This document shows, one piece after another, positions 51,350 through 62,360 of a stretch of DNA of 64,000 bases. How positions within the stretch are numbered: position 1 is the stretch's first letter; the number at the start of each line of letters is the position of its first letter. Both the position numbers and the translations under genes were made by a program. The notes under the pieces were generated by a model. That model worked only from the letters and a program-made list of their open reading frames with translations, was not told where the DNA came from and searched no databases. Source of the DNA: Nitrosopumilus sp. (GTDB lineage: Archaea; Thermoproteota; Nitrososphaeria; Nitrososphaerales; Nitrosopumilaceae); the NCBI GenBank assembly GCA_965205425.1, contig CBDBGZ010000009.1, positions 416,001 through 480,000 on the forward strand, in the 5' to 3' direction.

Positions 51350-52486
51350 TTATCGGTCTGCCTCCACTGGCCAATAGTTTAGACTCCAATAAACTGATGG
51401 CATATTACCAAGTTTTTCTCCTTTTAGGAGATTTGGTAAAGCAATCAAATTTCTAAAGGAAGGAACACTCAACTTTACTCTATAAGGCTCAACTTTACCA
51501 TCAGAAACAATATAGCAACCTAATGAACCTCTTCCTGATTCTACTCGCTTGTATACAGATTCTAATCCTTTAGTTTTTGGATTTGGTTTTAGTTTAACTC
51601 TGACAGACCCAGACTTTGGCATTTTTTGTAATGCTTGTCTAATGATGTTACAACTTTCTATCATGTCAAGCCATGGAATTCTAGATCTTGCATAAGAATC
51701 TCCTTCCTTCATTACATTGGTATGTACATCTAATTCATCATAGACATCATATGGTTCCTTTACTCTAAGATCATAATCAACACCGCTTGCACGAAGTACA
51801 GAACCTGTAGTTCCATATCTTATTGCATCCTGTCTTGATAGAACACCAGTATCCCGAGTTCTTGAGATTAGAATTGGGTTATCATAAAATACTGCGGCAT
51901 ATTCTTTGATACGTTTTTCAAAATAGTTAACTTGACGTAAACATACATCTTCAAAGTTTGGTGGTAAATCATTTCTAACTCCACCTGGAACAAAGTGTGC
52001 ATGTGTTACTCTTGCACCAGTCATTTTTTCCATTAAATCAATTAAGAGTTCACGATCACCGGCAGGCCACATGAACATAGTAGAGTGTCCCAAAAAGATT
52101 CCGTAAATTGCAAGCCAGTACATGATGTAAATACATCGATTTAGTTCGGATGCAATTACTCTAACATACTTTGCACGTTCTGGCACTTCAATTCCAAGTA
52201 GTTCTTCTGCTCCCAAAACATATGGGTATAGAACATTACATGAATCATGAATTACAGGTCTTTCTAAATGTGGAATATTTGTGATATAATTTCTATATTC
52301 AGCCATTTTTTCTTCTCCACGATGAACATATCCTGGATCAGGATCACATGCAACAATGTAATCACCATCAATTTGTACAATAATTCTCATATGTCCAGAG
52401 CCAGGATGTTGTGGTCCAACATTGAGAGTCATGATTCTCTCGTCAACTTTTTGGAGTGCTAGTCCAGGTGGTAAAGTAAATGTCAC
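51350..52486 (-). CDS. nuoD: NADH-quinone oxidoreductase subunit D
   Basis: NVGPQHPGSGH and GYVHRGEEK motifs; likely GTG start near 52486. Confidence 0.93.
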   Translation of the reverse strand: MTFTLPPGLALQKVDERIMTLNVGPQHPGSGHMRIIVQIDGDYIVACDPDPGYVHRGEEKMAEYRNYITNIPHLERPVIHDSCNVLYPYVLGAEELLGIEVPERAKYVRVIASELNRCIYIMYWLAIYGIFLGHSTMFMWPAGDRELLIDLMEKMTGARVTHAHFVPGGVRNDLPPNFEDVCLRQVNYFEKRIKEYAAVFYDNPILISRTRDTGVLSRQDAIRYGTTGSVLRASGVDYDLRVKEPYDVYDELDVHTNVMKEGDSYARSRIPWLDMIESCNIIRQALQKMPKSGSVRVKLKPNPKTKGLESVYKRVESGRGSLGCYIVSDGKVEPYRVKLSVPSFRNLIALPNLLKGEKLGNMPSVYWSLNYWPVEADR

Positions 52487-52488
52487 AT

Positions 52489-53085
52489 CTATCTTCCCTT
52501 TATTGCAAAGTCCTTTCGAAGTGGTGGTAAGTCTGCCCAATCTTCAGGCAAAAGTAATCGTCGATTATCAGGATGGCCTTCAAAGTAAACTCCAAACATT
52601 TCAAAGACTTCTCTTTCATGAAATTCCACACTGTAAAAAATATCTCTAAGAGTTGGAAGTTTTGTTGCATCATTTCCAGGTATTGGATTTGTTTCCCTCT
52701 GAGCTCTGGTAGCCAAAACAAGGACTTGTCTTGCCAATGAAGATTCAGAATAAGATCCTATGTGATAAACAACTTCAATTTCATTATCTTGAGGGTAATC
52801 TACACCTGAAACAGACTCTACATGGTCATAATTTAGTCCATCACGAATGAATTCTGCAACTTCATGAACATTTTCTCTACCAACATTAATTCTAACTCTA
52901 TCTTCTTTTACAAAGCCAACTTCAATTTTATCACCAAACTTTTCAACAATTTTATCAGAAATATTTTTTTCAAATGCAGGTAACTCTACAGGTGCTGCTT
53001 CAGGTTTCTTTGGTGCAGGTTTTGGTGGAGGTGTTTTTACTTCAGGTTTAGCATCTGCAGGAGGATTTTCAGTTTCAGTACTCAT
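52489..53085 (-). CDS. nuoC: NADH-quinone oxidoreductase subunit C
   Basis: EREVFEMFGVYFEGHP and PLRKDF motifs. Confidence 0.93.
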   Translation of the reverse strand: MSTETENPPADAKPEVKTPPPKPAPKKPEAAPVELPAFEKNISDKIVEKFGDKIEVGFVKEDRVRINVGRENVHEVAEFIRDGLNYDHVESVSGVDYPQDNEIEVVYHIGSYSESSLARQVLVLATRAQRETNPIPGNDATKLPTLRDIFYSVEFHEREVFEMFGVYFEGHPDNRRLLLPEDWADLPPLRKDFAIKGR

Positions 53086-53609
53086 TATACAAACTTCCTA
53101 GCCTTCATTCTCTTGATTTTTTCTTGCAATAACATACATCCTTGAATAAGAGTTTCAGGTCTAGGTGGACAACCTGGAACATAGACATCAACTGGAATTA
53201 CTCCATCAATTCCTGGAAGTACATTGTATGAATCAAAATACAGTCCTCCAGTAATTGCACAAGCTCCCATAGCAATTACATACTTTGGTTCTGGCATTTG
53301 ATCATAAACTAATCTGAGACGTGGAGCCATTTTTCTTGTAATAGTTCCTTGAACAACAACAAGATCACATTGTCTAAGTGAACCAAATGCTTCAATGATA
53401 CCAAATCTTTCAACATCATATCTAGGACTTGATGCTGCGCCAAATTCTACACTACAACAAGCTGTTTCAATGTGTACAGGCCAGAGTGACCAAATTCTAC
53501 CCCAATTAATGGCATAGCCCAATGGTTTATCAATTGCTTTTTCTAAAATGTCTCCTAACTTTCCTACAAAGACATTTGCATTTTCTGGTGTTACTAAATC
53601 TTTAAGCAA
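53085..53609 (-). CDS. nuoB: NADH-quinone oxidoreductase subunit B
   Basis: ACCSVE, MGACAITGG and PGCPPRPE motifs. Confidence 0.95.
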   Translation of the reverse strand: MLKDLVTPENANVFVGKLGDILEKAIDKPLGYAINWGRIWSLWPVHIETACCSVEFGAASSPRYDVERFGIIEAFGSLRQCDLVVVQGTITRKMAPRLRLVYDQMPEPKYVIAMGACAITGGLYFDSYNVLPGIDGVIPVDVYVPGCPPRPETLIQGCMLLQEKIKRMKARKFV

Positions 53610-53649
53610 TTTTATCTCCTATCCTCGTAGATATAATTTGTATAAATAA

Positions 53650-54024
53650 CTACCATATTCTTCTTCTCCCTGATTGATACAATGCAAATGCCATTGCACC
53701 AAACATTATAGCTAAAAAGCCCATCATTGGCAAAGTTGCTACTTTTGGAATTTCTAAAAGTACACTTCCCCATGCGTACAAGAAAATTGCCATTACATCA
53801 AATATTACAAACATCAGAATGTACGGATAATATTGCATCATGAAATGAGTTCTTCCTTCTCCAGTAGGGACTTGACCACATTCCATTGGCAAAAATTTTA
53901 CTGGATTACTTCTTTTTCTAGGGGAAATCATTCTTGAAATAACTAAAGCTGGAGCCATAGCTACTATGCCAAACGCAAACATCAATACAACGGTACTGTA
54001 ATTGCCCGCTAATTCCCCGACCAA
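53650..54024 (-). CDS. nuoA: NADH-quinone oxidoreductase subunit A
   Basis: PMECG and FVIFDV motifs; first gene of the operon. Confidence 0.92.
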   Translation of the reverse strand: MVGELAGNYSTVVLMFAFGIVAMAPALVISRMISPRKRSNPVKFLPMECGQVPTGEGRTHFMMQYYPYILMFVIFDVMAIFLYAWGSVLLEIPKVATLPMMGFLAIMFGAMAFALYQSGRRRIW

Positions 54025-54137
54025 TTTAGCTTTTCACTCCAATTTTTGTATAAAAAGGTATGTTTCGTTTTGGGGATCAAATTCGGAAAAAAATATTTTT
54101 GTAAAGAACTTAATAGGATAATGTCAAAAAGCCGATC

Positions 54138-54602
54138 ATGTCATTAAATGTTGGAGATATTGCTCCTAACTTTGAACTTGCAGACACCGCATTAAAAATG
54201 CGGACTTTGGATGAATTTAAAGGCGGAAAAATAGTCGTATCATTCATCGTAGCAGCAAGTTCCCCAGTATGCGAAGTAGAACTTTGTACATTTAGAGATT
54301 CTTGGAAAGAAATTTCAGATATGGGTGCCAAAGTCATAGCAATTAGTAATGATGGTCCATTTGCAAACAAAGCATTTGCTGAAAAACACAACTTTAACTT
54401 TCCATTATTAGCAGACTATACCAGTAAAACAATTAGAGATTATGATGTTTTGATGCCACATTTACTTCACATCAAAGACTACAATGCAGCAAAACGATCT
54501 GTTTTCATAATAAATGAAGATGGAAAAATCGGTTACAAATGGGTTTCAGAAGATCCATTAAAAGAACCAAACTATGAAGAAATTAAAAATTTCTTAAAAT
54601 AA
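54138..54602 (+). CDS. Peroxiredoxin (AhpC/TSA family)
   Basis: VGDIAPNFEL, SPVCEVE, FPLLAD and RSVFIIN motifs. Confidence 0.9.
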   Translation: MSLNVGDIAPNFELADTALKMRTLDEFKGGKIVVSFIVAASSPVCEVELCTFRDSWKEISDMGAKVIAISNDGPFANKAFAEKHNFNFPLLADYTSKTIRDYDVLMPHLLHIKDYNAAKRSVFIINEDGKIGYKWVSEDPLKEPNYEEIKNFLK

Positions 54603-54610
54603 AAAATTAT

Positions 54611-56021
54611 GTAACTGTCTAGAGTTTTGAAGTAAAATCTCCAAGATATTCTAAAGAATAATCATGAAAGTTTAATCCTCGTAATCTGCATGTCTCCTTT
54701 ATACTCATCAGTATCTTATGAGAATCGGCACCATGAATGGTTCTATGACCGTTTGTAATTTTACGAATTATCACATTTGGTCTGATTGCCCTCTCTGCTG
54801 TGTTATTGTGTGAATCAGTTCCAGTAATTAGGAATGTAAAAAGCATTTTTCTCTCACGTTTCAATCTTTTTACAAACCTGATACAGTTTTTCTCTGTGTA
54901 TTTTTTTGATATGATGTGATTAATTCTCCTTTCAAGATTCTTTTTTGCATGGATTCTTTCTGATTCTGATTTTATTTTTGCCACACCATGAGAGTCATAA
55001 ATTATTTTCTTGAGATTCTTGGCAAATGGTGCAAATTCTGGTCCGGGATTCTTGTGATTAATGGTATCATTAACCTCTCTGAGATAATGGATGTGACATT
55101 TCTGGTGAGTTGTTCCAACATGGTTCCATGCAGGGTACGAATCACTTGTAATGTTGCCATTATACTCCTTGAGAATTCTCTTGGGAACATCCATTGAACG
55201 TGATTTGTCAATCTCGTAAATTACAGTCCATTTACTCACAAATGCCCACAACCAGTGGTTCTGGCCATCTATCCTCCAACTTGTCTCATCACCATGTATG
55301 TTTAGATCTTCTTTTAACTCTACAATCATTGTATCATATCTGCTCCCAAATGCTTTTGATACTATTGATACTGCATGATTAATTGCAGATTCTGTAATGT
55401 GCAGTGAGAAGAGCATCTGCAAAAGATGAGATATTTTACCATACGATAATCCGATAGTTTTTAGTGATGTGATTAGCACCATGAGCCTAATTCCAAACCT
55501 TTCATTTGACAGTACAGTGTGAATGTTACCCGAGATTTGTTTTTTGCAGTTTGTGCAGTATCGTCTAACTATCGTATATTTTGTCACAACTGCTTTTGCA
55601 GGAATGATGTCTTCTACTATTCTGGTGTATGAATCAGTTGGTTCTGAGAGTGATTTGCCACATGTGTTGCACTCTTTTTGGTCAACTGTAATGGCATCAT
55701 CAATGTGTGCCCGTCTGCTTCTGCTTTTTCTAGGATGTCTTGATGTTTTCTTCTTTTTTGCAGTTTCAGTCTGGTTTGGTTTTGCTTTGATATTTCTTGC
55801 AACAAGTGTAGACACTGTTTGTTTTAGTTCTGCAATTTCTCTGTGTAGTGATTCAATATCTTTGCGTAACTGACGGTTTTCTTGCTCCAACGAGTGACAT
55901 CTGTTACGATAATATTCCAGCTCATCATATACTGACAATTGTATATTGTAATTTGTCACTGATCAGAAAAGATATAGATAAAAAATATTAAAGAAAGTAC
56001 TTCAAAACTCTAGACAGTTAC
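54611..56021 (-). mobile_element. IS66-family single-ORF element (transposase 54619-55959)
   Basis: 24-bp perfect TIR GTAACTGTCTAGAGTTTTGAAGTA; 8-bp TSD AAAATTAT; HGDETSW, QKCHIHYLRE and HNNTAERAIR motifs. Confidence 0.95.
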
Positions 56022-56025
56022 AAAA

Positions 56026-56538
56026 TTATTCTATTTCTGCAACAACATCGCCTTTAGCAACAGTTGCTGTTTCTTTAATTTTGATTGTTTTTACAACTCC
56101 ATCTTTATGTGATTTAATAGCTACTTGCATTTTCATAGATTCTAAAGTACAAACAACATCTCCTTTTTTTACAGAATCACCTTCTGCAACAGAAATAGAT
56201 ACAACTTTCCCAGGAATCTGACTCTTCAAAGCAAGTTGTGCATTTCCTGCACCACCTCCACCTGAATTCTTGTAAACAACATCATCAAAGTGTGTATGTA
56301 GGTTTAGTGTAACTGGAACATTGTCAATAACAATACTCATTTCATTTGTTGATTGCTCAAGATATTTTGCTTTGTGATATTTGTTATCTAAAATAAATTC
56401 AATTCCTTTAGAACTCATTGATACAATTTTTAAAGTGTGTTCTTTGTCATCGATTTTAATTACATAATTATTGTTTCCAAGATTTTCCACTATCTTTCCA
56501 TCAAATGTTTTTTCTAAATCTTGTATTTTATAATCCAT
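56026..56538 (-). CDS. accB: Biotin carboxyl carrier subunit of acetyl/propionyl-CoA carboxylase
   Basis: ESMKM biotinylation motif. Confidence 0.92.
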   Translation of the reverse strand: MDYKIQDLEKTFDGKIVENLGNNNYVIKIDDKEHTLKIVSMSSKGIEFILDNKYHKAKYLEQSTNEMSIVIDNVPVTLNLHTHFDDVVYKNSGGGGAGNAQLALKSQIPGKVVSISVAEGDSVKKGDVVCTLESMKMQVAIKSHKDGVVKTIKIKETATVAKGDVVAEIE

Positions 56539-56544
56539 TTTTCA

Positions 56545-58032
56545 TCAATCCAATTTGTATTTCCAATTTGAGTTATTGGCAGTACTGTTTTGTGCTCTAC
56601 TCTTGAAGTATTCAGAATGAATAATTGTAGCAGCTAATGCGGCTTCGCTTTTATCTTCTTTTTCTTTTTGAAGATCTTCAGTTAATCTATCAATCATTCC
56701 ATAACGTTTTAGAAAGTCTGTTGAAAGGTCTCCATTCTTGTATTCATCAGAAGCTAGAATTGTTTTGTATAATGGGATTGAAGTTTCAACTCCTTGAATG
56801 TAAAAGTCATTTAGTGCTGCAAGCATTCTTGTTCTTGATTCTTCAAATGTTTGACCCCAAGTAACGAGTTTTGCCATAAGTGAATCATAAAATGGAGAAA
56901 CGGTACATCCAGGATAGAGATAGGTATCACATCTTACGCTAGGTCCTGCTGGAATGGTTACATCAGGAATAGGTCCTGTTGATGGAGCAAAGTCTAAGAA
57001 AGTATCTTCTGCATTAATTCTACATTCAATTGCATAGCCATTCATTTTCAGGTCACTTTGTTTGAATGGTATTGGTTCACCATTTGCAATATCTAATTGT
57101 AATTTGACCAAGTCTAATCCAGAAACAAATTCTGTAATTGGGTGCTCTACTTGTAATCGAGCATTAATTTCAATAAAGTAAAATTCTCCGTTATCTGCCC
57201 TCAAAAATTCTGCTGTTCCTATGTTGGTATAGCCTACTGCATCAGCAGCTCTACAAACAGATTCACCTACACGTGCTCGGGTTTCTTCGTCTACAACTGG
57301 TGAAGGGGTTTGTTCGATTAATTTTTGGTTACGTCTTTGAATTGAGCATTCTCTTTCAAAGATATGAACAGTGTTACCGTGGGTATCTCTAGCAAATTGA
57401 TATTCAATGTGACGTGTTTTTTCTAAGAATTTTTCTACCAGAATTGCAGATTTTCCTACTGCTGCAATTGATTCACCAGTAACTGAATCAAAACCTTCTC
57501 GTAATTCTTGATCATTAGTAACAATTCTAATTCCACGACCTCCACCACCATAAACTGATTTTAACATTACAGGGTAGCCAATATCATTTGCAATTTTTTC
57601 TGCATCAGCTGCATCCTTTACTAAACCAGGACTTCCAGGAACTGTTGGAACGTCTGCTTTAAGCATTGCATCTTTACATTTCATTTTATCTCCACAGAGA
57701 TTCATAGATTCTGCAGTAGGACCAATAAAGGTAATTTTATTTTTCTCACATAGATTTGCAAAGTCATCATTTTCAGAAAGGAAACCATAACCTGGATGTA
57801 CTGCATCAGTTCCTGATTTTTGCATCACCTCAAGAATTTTTTCTTGATTAAGATATGATTTTGCAGGAGCTGCTTCTCCAATATGATACGCTTCTGTGGC
57901 TTGTTTAACATGCATTGAATTATAATCTTCATCAGAATAAACTGCAACAGTCTTAATTCCCAATGCCTTGCAGGTTCTAATTACACGTAAGGCAATTTCT
58001 CCTCTATTTGCGATAAGTACTTTTTCAATCAT
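56545..58032 (-). CDS. accC: Biotin carboxylase subunit
   Basis: IANRGEIA, HPGYGFLSEN, GGGGRG and RLQVEH motifs. Confidence 0.95.
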   Translation of the reverse strand: MIEKVLIANRGEIALRVIRTCKALGIKTVAVYSDEDYNSMHVKQATEAYHIGEAAPAKSYLNQEKILEVMQKSGTDAVHPGYGFLSENDDFANLCEKNKITFIGPTAESMNLCGDKMKCKDAMLKADVPTVPGSPGLVKDAADAEKIANDIGYPVMLKSVYGGGGRGIRIVTNDQELREGFDSVTGESIAAVGKSAILVEKFLEKTRHIEYQFARDTHGNTVHIFERECSIQRRNQKLIEQTPSPVVDEETRARVGESVCRAADAVGYTNIGTAEFLRADNGEFYFIEINARLQVEHPITEFVSGLDLVKLQLDIANGEPIPFKQSDLKMNGYAIECRINAEDTFLDFAPSTGPIPDVTIPAGPSVRCDTYLYPGCTVSPFYDSLMAKLVTWGQTFEESRTRMLAALNDFYIQGVETSIPLYKTILASDEYKNGDLSTDFLKRYGMIDRLTEDLQKEKEDKSEAALAATIIHSEYFKSRAQNSTANNSNWKYKLD

Positions 58033-58038
58033 TTCAAA

Positions 58039-59586
58039 TCACAGGTTGATATTTCCATGTTTTCTTGGTAATTGTTTAACTCTTTTATTTTCGAGCATTT
58101 CAAGTGCTTTAATCAACATAGGTCTTGTTTCAGCAGGATCAATTACATTATCTACAGTTCCATGTGATGCTGCAACGTATGGATTTTCGAACTTTTCTGA
58201 AAACTCATCGATTAATTGTTTCTTTAATGCTTCAGCATCATCAGCTTCTTTGAGGTCTTTTCTATACATGATTTTTACAGCAGCTTCTCCGCCCAAAACT
58301 GCACATCGTGCTGTAGGCCATGCATAATTAATGTCAGTTCTGAGATTTTTACTTCCCATAGCAATGTATGCACCACCATACGCCTTTCCAATAACTAAAG
58401 TAATTCTTGGAACAGTTGCTTCACAGTATGCATAAAGTAACTTACTACCATGTCTAATGATACCATTGTGTTCTTGGTTAGAACCTGGCATGTATCCTGG
58501 AGTATCAACTAAAGTAATAATTGGAACATTAAATGAATCACAGAATCTAATGAAACGAGCTGCTTTGTTTGATGAATCAATGTCAAGTGCACCTGCAAGT
58601 ACAATAGGTTGATTTGCAACAATTCCAACAACCTTTCCATTCATTCTTCCAAAACCAACTACAATGTTTGTAGCAAACAATTCATGAACTTCAAAGAATT
58701 CATGATTATCAACAATTGAATTAATGATTTCTTTCATATCATATGGTTGTAAAGGATTTTCAGGAATGATATTGATCAAGTTGTGATCCATTCTGTTTGG
58801 ATCATCATCAGTTTCAATTTTTGGTGGTGCTTCAGTATTATTTTGAGGCAGATATGAAATTAGTTTTTTGATATAATCCATGCATTCGTATTCATTTTGT
58901 GCAACAAAATGGGCAACACCACTTTTTGAACCATGTGTCATTGCTCCACCTAGATCATCAAATGAAATTTCTTCTCCCAATACAGTCTTGACTACATCAG
59001 GGCCGGTAACAAACATAGTTCCCACTTTTTCCACCATAATTACAAAGTCGGTCATTGCTGGAGAGTATACAGAACCACCTGCAGATGGACCAATACTTGC
59101 AGTAATTTGTGGAATAACTCCAGATGCTAATTGATTATGATAAAAGATATCAGCAAATCCATCAAGACTCATGATTCCTTCTTGAATTCTAGCTCCACCA
59201 GAATCCATTACACCAATAATTGGACATCCTGTTTGAACAGCATGATCCATAAGTTTACAGATTTTTTTAGCTCCCATCTGACTTAGTGTTCCACCAAGTA
59301 CAGTGAAGTCATATGCAAAGACAAAGACTTGTCTTCCGTTAACATTTCCATAACCTCCAACTACACCGTCTGTAAAAAATTTCTTTTTCTGCATATCATA
59401 TTCATGATAATGATGAGTGGCTAATGGATCAATTTCAGTAAAAGTGCCTTCATCTAGTAAAAGATTGATTCGCTCACGAGCAGTTAATTTACCTTTGTCA
59501 TGTTGGGCCTTGATTCGATCTTGGCCTCCACCTTGTAATGATGTATTATTCTTTTTAGAGTATCCTTCAATCTTTTCAGAATGCAC
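58039..59586 (-). CDS. pccB: Acyl-CoA carboxylase carboxyltransferase subunit
   Basis: GKLTARERI, DSGGARIQEG and KAYGGAY motifs. Confidence 0.93.
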   Translation of the reverse strand: MHSEKIEGYSKKNNTSLQGGGQDRIKAQHDKGKLTARERINLLLDEGTFTEIDPLATHHYHEYDMQKKKFFTDGVVGGYGNVNGRQVFVFAYDFTVLGGTLSQMGAKKICKLMDHAVQTGCPIIGVMDSGGARIQEGIMSLDGFADIFYHNQLASGVIPQITASIGPSAGGSVYSPAMTDFVIMVEKVGTMFVTGPDVVKTVLGEEISFDDLGGAMTHGSKSGVAHFVAQNEYECMDYIKKLISYLPQNNTEAPPKIETDDDPNRMDHNLINIIPENPLQPYDMKEIINSIVDNHEFFEVHELFATNIVVGFGRMNGKVVGIVANQPIVLAGALDIDSSNKAARFIRFCDSFNVPIITLVDTPGYMPGSNQEHNGIIRHGSKLLYAYCEATVPRITLVIGKAYGGAYIAMGSKNLRTDINYAWPTARCAVLGGEAAVKIMYRKDLKEADDAEALKKQLIDEFSEKFENPYVAASHGTVDNVIDPAETRPMLIKALEMLENKRVKQLPRKHGNINL

Positions 59587-59687
59587 GGTATTCTAGAACA
59601 GAATGGTTTCATATATTAATTTAGTTTGAGAATATCGACATGTGAGATTTTTATAAAAATTCAACGATCGTTGTTTTTTTTAGGAAT

Positions 59688-59999
59688 TCAAGTGTTAAGA
59701 ATTGGAAATTTCTTGTTTACAGATTTTTGGTAAGAAGTAAAAGTGTCCTTTTCCTCACTACATTTCTTGCAGATACATAATTGAGAGACATTTGGAATAT
59801 CACAATTATCTTGAAACTCACATTGAGAACAGCCAGCAGGACCTCCACATACAATACATTGTAATTCATTTATTTGAGCACATTTTTCATGCTTTACACC
59901 TAATCCTTTTGCCCAAAGACCAATTTCATTAACAATGATTTTTTCATTACAAACAATACAAGTGCCCGGGAATTTCATTGGGATTTTTCTCCAACTCAT
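59688..59999 (-). CDS. Cys-rich putative zinc-binding protein
   Basis: Multiple CxxC motifs; overlaps the rfcL stop. Confidence 0.75.
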   Translation of the reverse strand: MSWRKIPMKFPGTCIVCNEKIIVNEIGLWAKGLGVKHEKCAQINELQCIVCGGPAGCSQCEFQDNCDIPNVSQLCICKKCSEEKDTFTSYQKSVNKKFPILNT

Positions 60000-61165
60000 T
60001 TTATTAATTCAATCTCCTTTTCAATAATATCTCCAAAAGTTTCTTCTAATTCTAATTCAAGAGTTTTATTTTTAATACAAAATAAAACAAATGGTAAACA
60101 TATTGAAATAAAAGAACTAGAAGACAAATGTAATTTTCTTGCCATAACAGATGACAATGCCTTAATTTTTGCACCATCCCAACGAATTCTATTAAGCAAT
60201 GGCCATGATAAATTGTATTGAGTGTATCTAATGCGATCATCATTTTGATATAATTTAATTAAAATATCATTTAGATAACGAAGTAATCTCCAATTTTGAG
60301 TTTTCATGATTCTTCCAAAAAGCATGTCAGCTTCTGAAATTGTTTCTAAATATTTTGCAAGTGTAGAATTATCTAATTCACTTGTAATGATACTAGAATA
60401 AAATGCATTAATTTTTTCTCTAGGATCAATTTGCATAGAATAAAGAACAATTCTAGCTTCTTCGATTGAATTTGCTTTAAAGAAGGCATTAACCCCATCT
60501 TCAACATTGATATTTTCAAATGTTTTTTCAGTTTGAGGATTAAATCCAGTCACCAAAGACTGTGTTAGATTGATCATAGAGCGAATGTCTCCTTTTGATT
60601 TATCAATTACTTTGATTAATGCGCCAGGACTTAGCTTAGCACTTTGTTTTTGTAAAATATTTTCAAGATATACTCGCAATAATCGTGGTGGAATTTTTTT
60701 GAATTGAATTGTTTTGACTACTTTTTTGATACTTTTCATTTTATCAGAAGTATCACTATTTGCAGCAAGAACAATAGGAACTGTAGGCTCTTTTAGAATG
60801 TCTACAAGTGCTGACGCACCACCGTAATCTCCACGACCATGAATCCCATCAACTTCATCGACAAAAATCATAGGAGTGCCCATGACACTCACATTAGCTA
60901 AAACAGGCGTAAGAATTTCATTAATTCGGGATTTACTTCTAACATCACTAGCATTTAGTCCAATCATATCATATCCAAATTGTTTAGCAACAAGATATGC
61001 AATTGTAGTTTTCCCGATTCCAGGAGGGCCAACCAAAAGTAATGGCTTTGTACCTTTTTTCCATTTCACAAACCATTCTGTAATTGCCGCTCGTGCTTCT
61101 TCATTTCCCACCATGTCAGAAATTATCTGAGGTCGGTATTTTTCAGACCACATCAATGTAATCAC
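59996..61165 (-). CDS. rfcL: Replication factor C large subunit
   Basis: WSEKYRP, GPPGIGKT, LNASD, DEVD and GDIRS motifs. Confidence 0.9.
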   Translation of the reverse strand: MITLMWSEKYRPQIISDMVGNEEARAAITEWFVKWKKGTKPLLLVGPPGIGKTTIAYLVAKQFGYDMIGLNASDVRSKSRINEILTPVLANVSVMGTPMIFVDEVDGIHGRGDYGGASALVDILKEPTVPIVLAANSDTSDKMKSIKKVVKTIQFKKIPPRLLRVYLENILQKQSAKLSPGALIKVIDKSKGDIRSMINLTQSLVTGFNPQTEKTFENINVEDGVNAFFKANSIEEARIVLYSMQIDPREKINAFYSSIITSELDNSTLAKYLETISEADMLFGRIMKTQNWRLLRYLNDILIKLYQNDDRIRYTQYNLSWPLLNRIRWDGAKIKALSSVMARKLHLSSSSFISICLPFVLFCIKNKTLELELEETFGDIIEKEIELIK

Positions 61166-62277
61166 TTGGGAAGTTTAGAATGATATTCTGACCATTTATT
61201 GGTTTTTTGTAATTTATTGTACCAGTATTGATTGTAATGCTCTACAGTCAAAAATAGAAATTCCAAAAATTCTTTGTGAGAAAAATTATCAGGTAGTAAT
61301 TCAAGTGTAAGTCTTGCATCTTGCAAATACAAATTACTTTTTTCTAAAGTCACATCAAATCCTTTTTTCACATCATCTGCCAATAATGAATAATACAGTG
61401 GCCAAGAAGGTATCTTTACGAATCTATTTTTAATAGAGTCTTCAATTTCATTTCCACATCCAACACCTTCAGCAGCTCTAGCCATACCCAAGTAGAAAAT
61501 TTCTCCTAACGGCCTTTCTGCTAAAGCCATGTTTCTTCCAGCAGTCCCCATAACAGCACGATATTTTTTGTAAGATAGAGTCATTTCTTCTTCAGTGATT
61601 TCAGTAGGTTTTGATTTTAATTTTTCATCCAAGTATTGTCCAATTCTTGCATCTTCAAATCCTGCTTCAAATTCTTTTAGAACTTGTTCACCACCTTTCG
61701 AAATTTTATCTCTAGCCAATTTCAAAATATATGGATTCATTAATTTGTAATCATCTAGAAATTCTAAATCTTCATCTTTATCTACAATTCTGTCCATAGG
61801 TTCACTTAGATCAATTGCAAGAATATGTCCTTCAACCATATCTTGTTTTAGTTGTAGATCATTTCTTCCAGAATATTCTGCAGCTGCATCAAATAATCCG
61901 TTAAAAACAGGGAAAGTCATTTTGACAAAATTTGAATTCAAAATTCTATTTACTCTATCTTGCATTACCTCAAGACTGTCTAATTTTGATTTTATAGGCT
62001 CAATTTCAGATGCATTTAGTATAATTTCCGTGGAACCTACTTCATTTCCAAAAGCTTGTTGTGTAGCATTTGGATTTGTATCAGATTGTATTTCATCTAG
62101 TAAACCTTTAGCAAATCTTTCTGCAAAATTTGGAAATTGATTTTCAGTTTCGTCTTTGTATTTGTTAAATAATTTGTAACCTTTTGATTTGAACAATGCT
62201 TGTTTAATGATCTGTTTTCCAGGTTTTGTGCTCATCAAAGCTTCTTTACTAATTACAGATTGATCTTTGCCACTCAC
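61162..62277 (-). CDS. Hypothetical protein (371 aa)
   Basis: Long ORF with core-like composition, overlapping the rfcL start; no motif recognised. Confidence 0.75.
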   Translation of the reverse strand: MSGKDQSVISKEALMSTKPGKQIIKQALFKSKGYKLFNKYKDETENQFPNFAERFAKGLLDEIQSDTNPNATQQAFGNEVGSTEIILNASEIEPIKSKLDSLEVMQDRVNRILNSNFVKMTFPVFNGLFDAAAEYSGRNDLQLKQDMVEGHILAIDLSEPMDRIVDKDEDLEFLDDYKLMNPYILKLARDKISKGGEQVLKEFEAGFEDARIGQYLDEKLKSKPTEITEEEMTLSYKKYRAVMGTAGRNMALAERPLGEIFYLGMARAAEGVGCGNEIEDSIKNRFVKIPSWPLYYSLLADDVKKGFDVTLEKSNLYLQDARLTLELLPDNFSHKEFLEFLFLTVEHYNQYWYNKLQKTNKWSEYHSKLPK

Positions 62278-62360
62278 AAACGTTAAACTTCTTTATTGTT
62301 ATTTATGCTTTCAAATTTAATATTTTCTTCACTTAAATTACGATCGACTGGTTTGACAAC

